Assembly (NCBI GenBank): GCA_965219685.1
Contig: CBDCOH010000002.1
Coordinates: 1,056,001 to 1,120,000 of the forward strand
Direction of reading: 5' to 3'
Length of the DNA: 64,000 nucleotides
Source: Candidatus Spongiisociaceae bacterium
GTDB taxonomy: Bacteria; Actinomycetota; Acidimicrobiia; Spongiisociales; Spongiisociaceae
Part shown: one piece after another, positions 61,980-64,000 of the stretch
Position numbering within the stretch: the first letter of the stretch is position 1
Layout: each line of letters opens with the position of its first letter
Notes under the pieces: model-generated
Databases searched by the model: none
What the model saw: the letters and a program-made list of their open reading frames with translations, nothing else
Told to the model about the DNA's origin: nothing
Position numbers and translations under genes: made by a program

Positions 61980-62331
61980 GAGCCGGACGGTCGTAGTGGA
62001 GGGAGCCCGTTTACATGTTGTGGTCTCCGTAGGCGCTCGACCGAGCATCGTCATCACCGTCTATTGGGTTGCTCCTTGAAGGAGAACCGGATGCAGGTTC
62101 GCTATGACTCGGAAGCCGATGCGATCTTTCCTCTTGCTGCACGCCGCCCACGGCGAGGAAGCCGGCGGGAGGCGGCTCGACGATACCCGCATCGCCCACC
62201 TCGACCGCTCGGGCCGTGTCTTCGCGTGCGAGTTCCGGTCCGTGAGCCAAGGGGTTTCCCTCGACGGAAGCGACGACGCAACCCTGATCCGTGAAACGCT
62301 CCGGCCCGTGAACCAGATCGCAGTCGCCTGA
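61980..62331 (+). pseudogene. Decayed DUF4258-like toxin tail + frameshifted DUF2283 antitoxin
   Basis: LHVVV..IVITVYW*, then MQVRYDSEADAIF (ATG 62091) continuing in another frame as LDRSGRVFACEF. Confidence 0.65.
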
Positions 62332-62466
62332 CGGCAGGTTGTCGAGTTGCCTCGCTCCGAACCAGGCCTTGGGTCTGCGTCGAGAAGGCCACCGTCGCAG
62401 GACAACACCTGACAACCCACCGAACGGAGCCCTGCCAACCGGATGCCGGGCACGGCGTAGGCGGCC

Positions 62467-63027
62467 TCACTCGCCGAAGAGGGCGCTTACCTCGCATGAG
62501 AACCCGGGTAGGACGTCCGCTCCGTCGAGGGTGGCGTCCTCGCCGAGTGTCGACACTGGGAGACCGGGACGGTACACGTCAACGGTGCGCGTAGCCGGAT
62601 CCACCACCCAGACCAGACGGACGCCGTGGTTCAGCCACATCCATGCCTTGTTTCGGACCTCCCGCCTGCTGTCATTGGGCGACACCACCTCCGCCACCAG
62701 GTCGGGAACCGTCTCCGAGTACCCGGTCACCCGCATCCCCGCCGGTACCTTCTTCACCGAGAAAAACGCGACATCGGGCTCCCGCACGGTGTCGGGATCG
62801 CGTTCCAGCCAGACACCCGCATCCGAGCCCGTCAACCGTCCCAACCGCCGGGGCTTGACGAAACCACCCAGCTCAGCGCCAAGGTTCATCACTATCTCGC
62901 CGTGTTCCTGTCCGGTCGGCCTGGTCTCGTGTAGTACCCCCCGGATGAGCTCGCCGCGCACGCCACTGCTGTCGAGACGGAGCAACTCACCTGCGGTCAA
63001 TAGCTTGGCGTCGGTGGCCGTTGTCAT
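62467..63027 (-). CDS. Uma2-family endonuclease
   Basis: ELIRG, H..I, VREPDVAF, PDLVAEVVSP, GVRLVWVVDP, DVLPGF. Confidence 0.93.
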   Translation of the reverse strand: MTTATDAKLLTAGELLRLDSSGVRGELIRGVLHETRPTGQEHGEIVMNLGAELGGFVKPRRLGRLTGSDAGVWLERDPDTVREPDVAFFSVKKVPAGMRVTGYSETVPDLVAEVVSPNDSRREVRNKAWMWLNHGVRLVWVVDPATRTVDVYRPGLPVSTLGEDATLDGADVLPGFSCEVSALFGE

Positions 63028-63094
63028 GTCCGTTCAATTCCTGATCGCGTCATTGTAGACAATACGATAGTTTACGTAAGGGCCGTCCCACATT

Positions 63095-64000
63095 TCATCC
63101 GAGTCCGGTGAGGCTGTTGAACTCCTCTATGAGTCGGTCGATGGGGTCGGCCAAGGTCTGGATGCTGGTCCAGTAGTCGTCGTCGTACCACTGGGCCTGG
63201 ATCTCCTCGTATGTCTTGCCCTGTTGCTCCACCCAGGTGTAGTACTTGAGGTTGTGGATGCGCTTGCGGTCGTAGTAGCCGAGTTCGTGGACGTGTTCGG
63301 TGGAGGCCCCCAGCAGGTGGCGGTGGTAGGCGGCCACCGCGTCGTGGGTGGTGAACGTGCCGCGGTCCTCGCTGAGTTCGTGGAGCCGGCTCCGGTACAT
63401 GTCCATCGAGTCGGTGGCGATGGTGACCACTATGTCCCGGCTGGTCATCTCGTAGTACTTGGCGAGTTTGACGGCGGACAGCAGGTTGGCGGCGCCGGAG
63501 ATGCCGAGCAGGGGAAGGCTTCCTAGGACATCGGGATCTACTCCTTGCGATGCCAGGTACTCCCGGCCTGGCGCCTCGTTGAACAGCCGGGTGAGGGACA
63601 TGGCGGCCTCGTCGTCGAGCCCGATGGCGAGGTCGGTGTTCTTGACGTTGTGGACCCAGGGGATGTGCTTGTCGCCGATTCCCTCGATGCGGTGCTCCCC
63701 GAAGCCGTTCAGCAGCATGGTGGGACACTGGATGGCCTCACCCCCGGCGATCACCGAGCCGGGGAATCGCTGCTTCAGGTAGTCGCCGGCGGCGATGGTT
63801 CCGGCCGAGCCGGTGGTGACCGCGAACCCCCGGAACCGGTCGCGCTCGCCCATCACGTCGTCCAACACCTCCTCGACGGCGGGGCCGGTGACCGACACGT
63901 GCCACAGGTAGTTTCCGAACTCGTCGAACTGGTTGAAGATCATCAGGTCCTCGCCGGAGGCGGCCAACTCGTTGCACTTGTCGAAGATCTCCTTGACGTT
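63095..64000 (-). CDS. Fold-type II PLP-dependent enzyme (cysteine synthase-like), 3' part
   Basis: FNQF, TGSAGTIAAGD, HRIEGIGDKHIP, GISG, TDS; the 5' end lies outside the window. Confidence 0.85.
   Translation of the reverse strand, partial: NVKEIFDKCNELAASGEDLMIFNQFDEFGNYLWHVSVTGPAVEEVLDDVMGERDRFRGFAVTTGSAGTIAAGDYLKQRFPGSVIAGGEAIQCPTMLLNGFGEHRIEGIGDKHIPWVHNVKNTDLAIGLDDEAAMSLTRLFNEAPGREYLASQGVDPDVLGSLPLLGISGAANLLSAVKLAKYYEMTSRDIVVTIATDSMDMYRSRLHELSEDRGTFTTHDAVAAYHRHLLGASTEHVHELGYYDRKRIHNLKYYTWVEQQGKTYEEIQAQWYDDDYWTSIQTLADPIDRLIEEFNSLTGLG

Overview
High-GC actinobacterial chromosome segment. Acidimicrobiia-like is an inference from gene content (F420- and mycothiol-dependent enzymes, CGAAC-N4-GTTCG LexA boxes, many leaderless promoters). 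The backbone is unusually rich in DNA repair genes (uvrA, uvrB, polA, imuA-imuB, dnaE2, nth, DinF-type MATE) and also carries coaE, rpsA, lepA, tRNA-Leu(CAA), a trp operon, thyA, xpt, an acyl-CoA synthetase and an Xdh/SsnA/YgfK-like purine-catabolism cluster. Small accessory units are scattered through it: TA pairs (several decayed), two AAA_14/DUF4143 ATPases, Fic, Uma2, and an integrase/IS3 relic at the tRNA. Best candidates for new biology: (1) a two-gene module divergent from uvrA, made of a 1706-aa DEDDh exonuclease-DinG-RecQ triple fusion plus a degenerate-NERD/UvrD helicase; (2) heptamer tandem arrays, (GAATGGT)20, x14 and x4, lying immediately upstream of the predicted -10 elements of uvrA, uvrB and imuA, with related heptamers at polA and at gene 3' ends; (3) an imuAB-dnaE2 mutasome cassette split by an inserted ATPase, with dnaE2 carrying its own LexA box. 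All protein calls come from motif recognition by eye; no searches were run.
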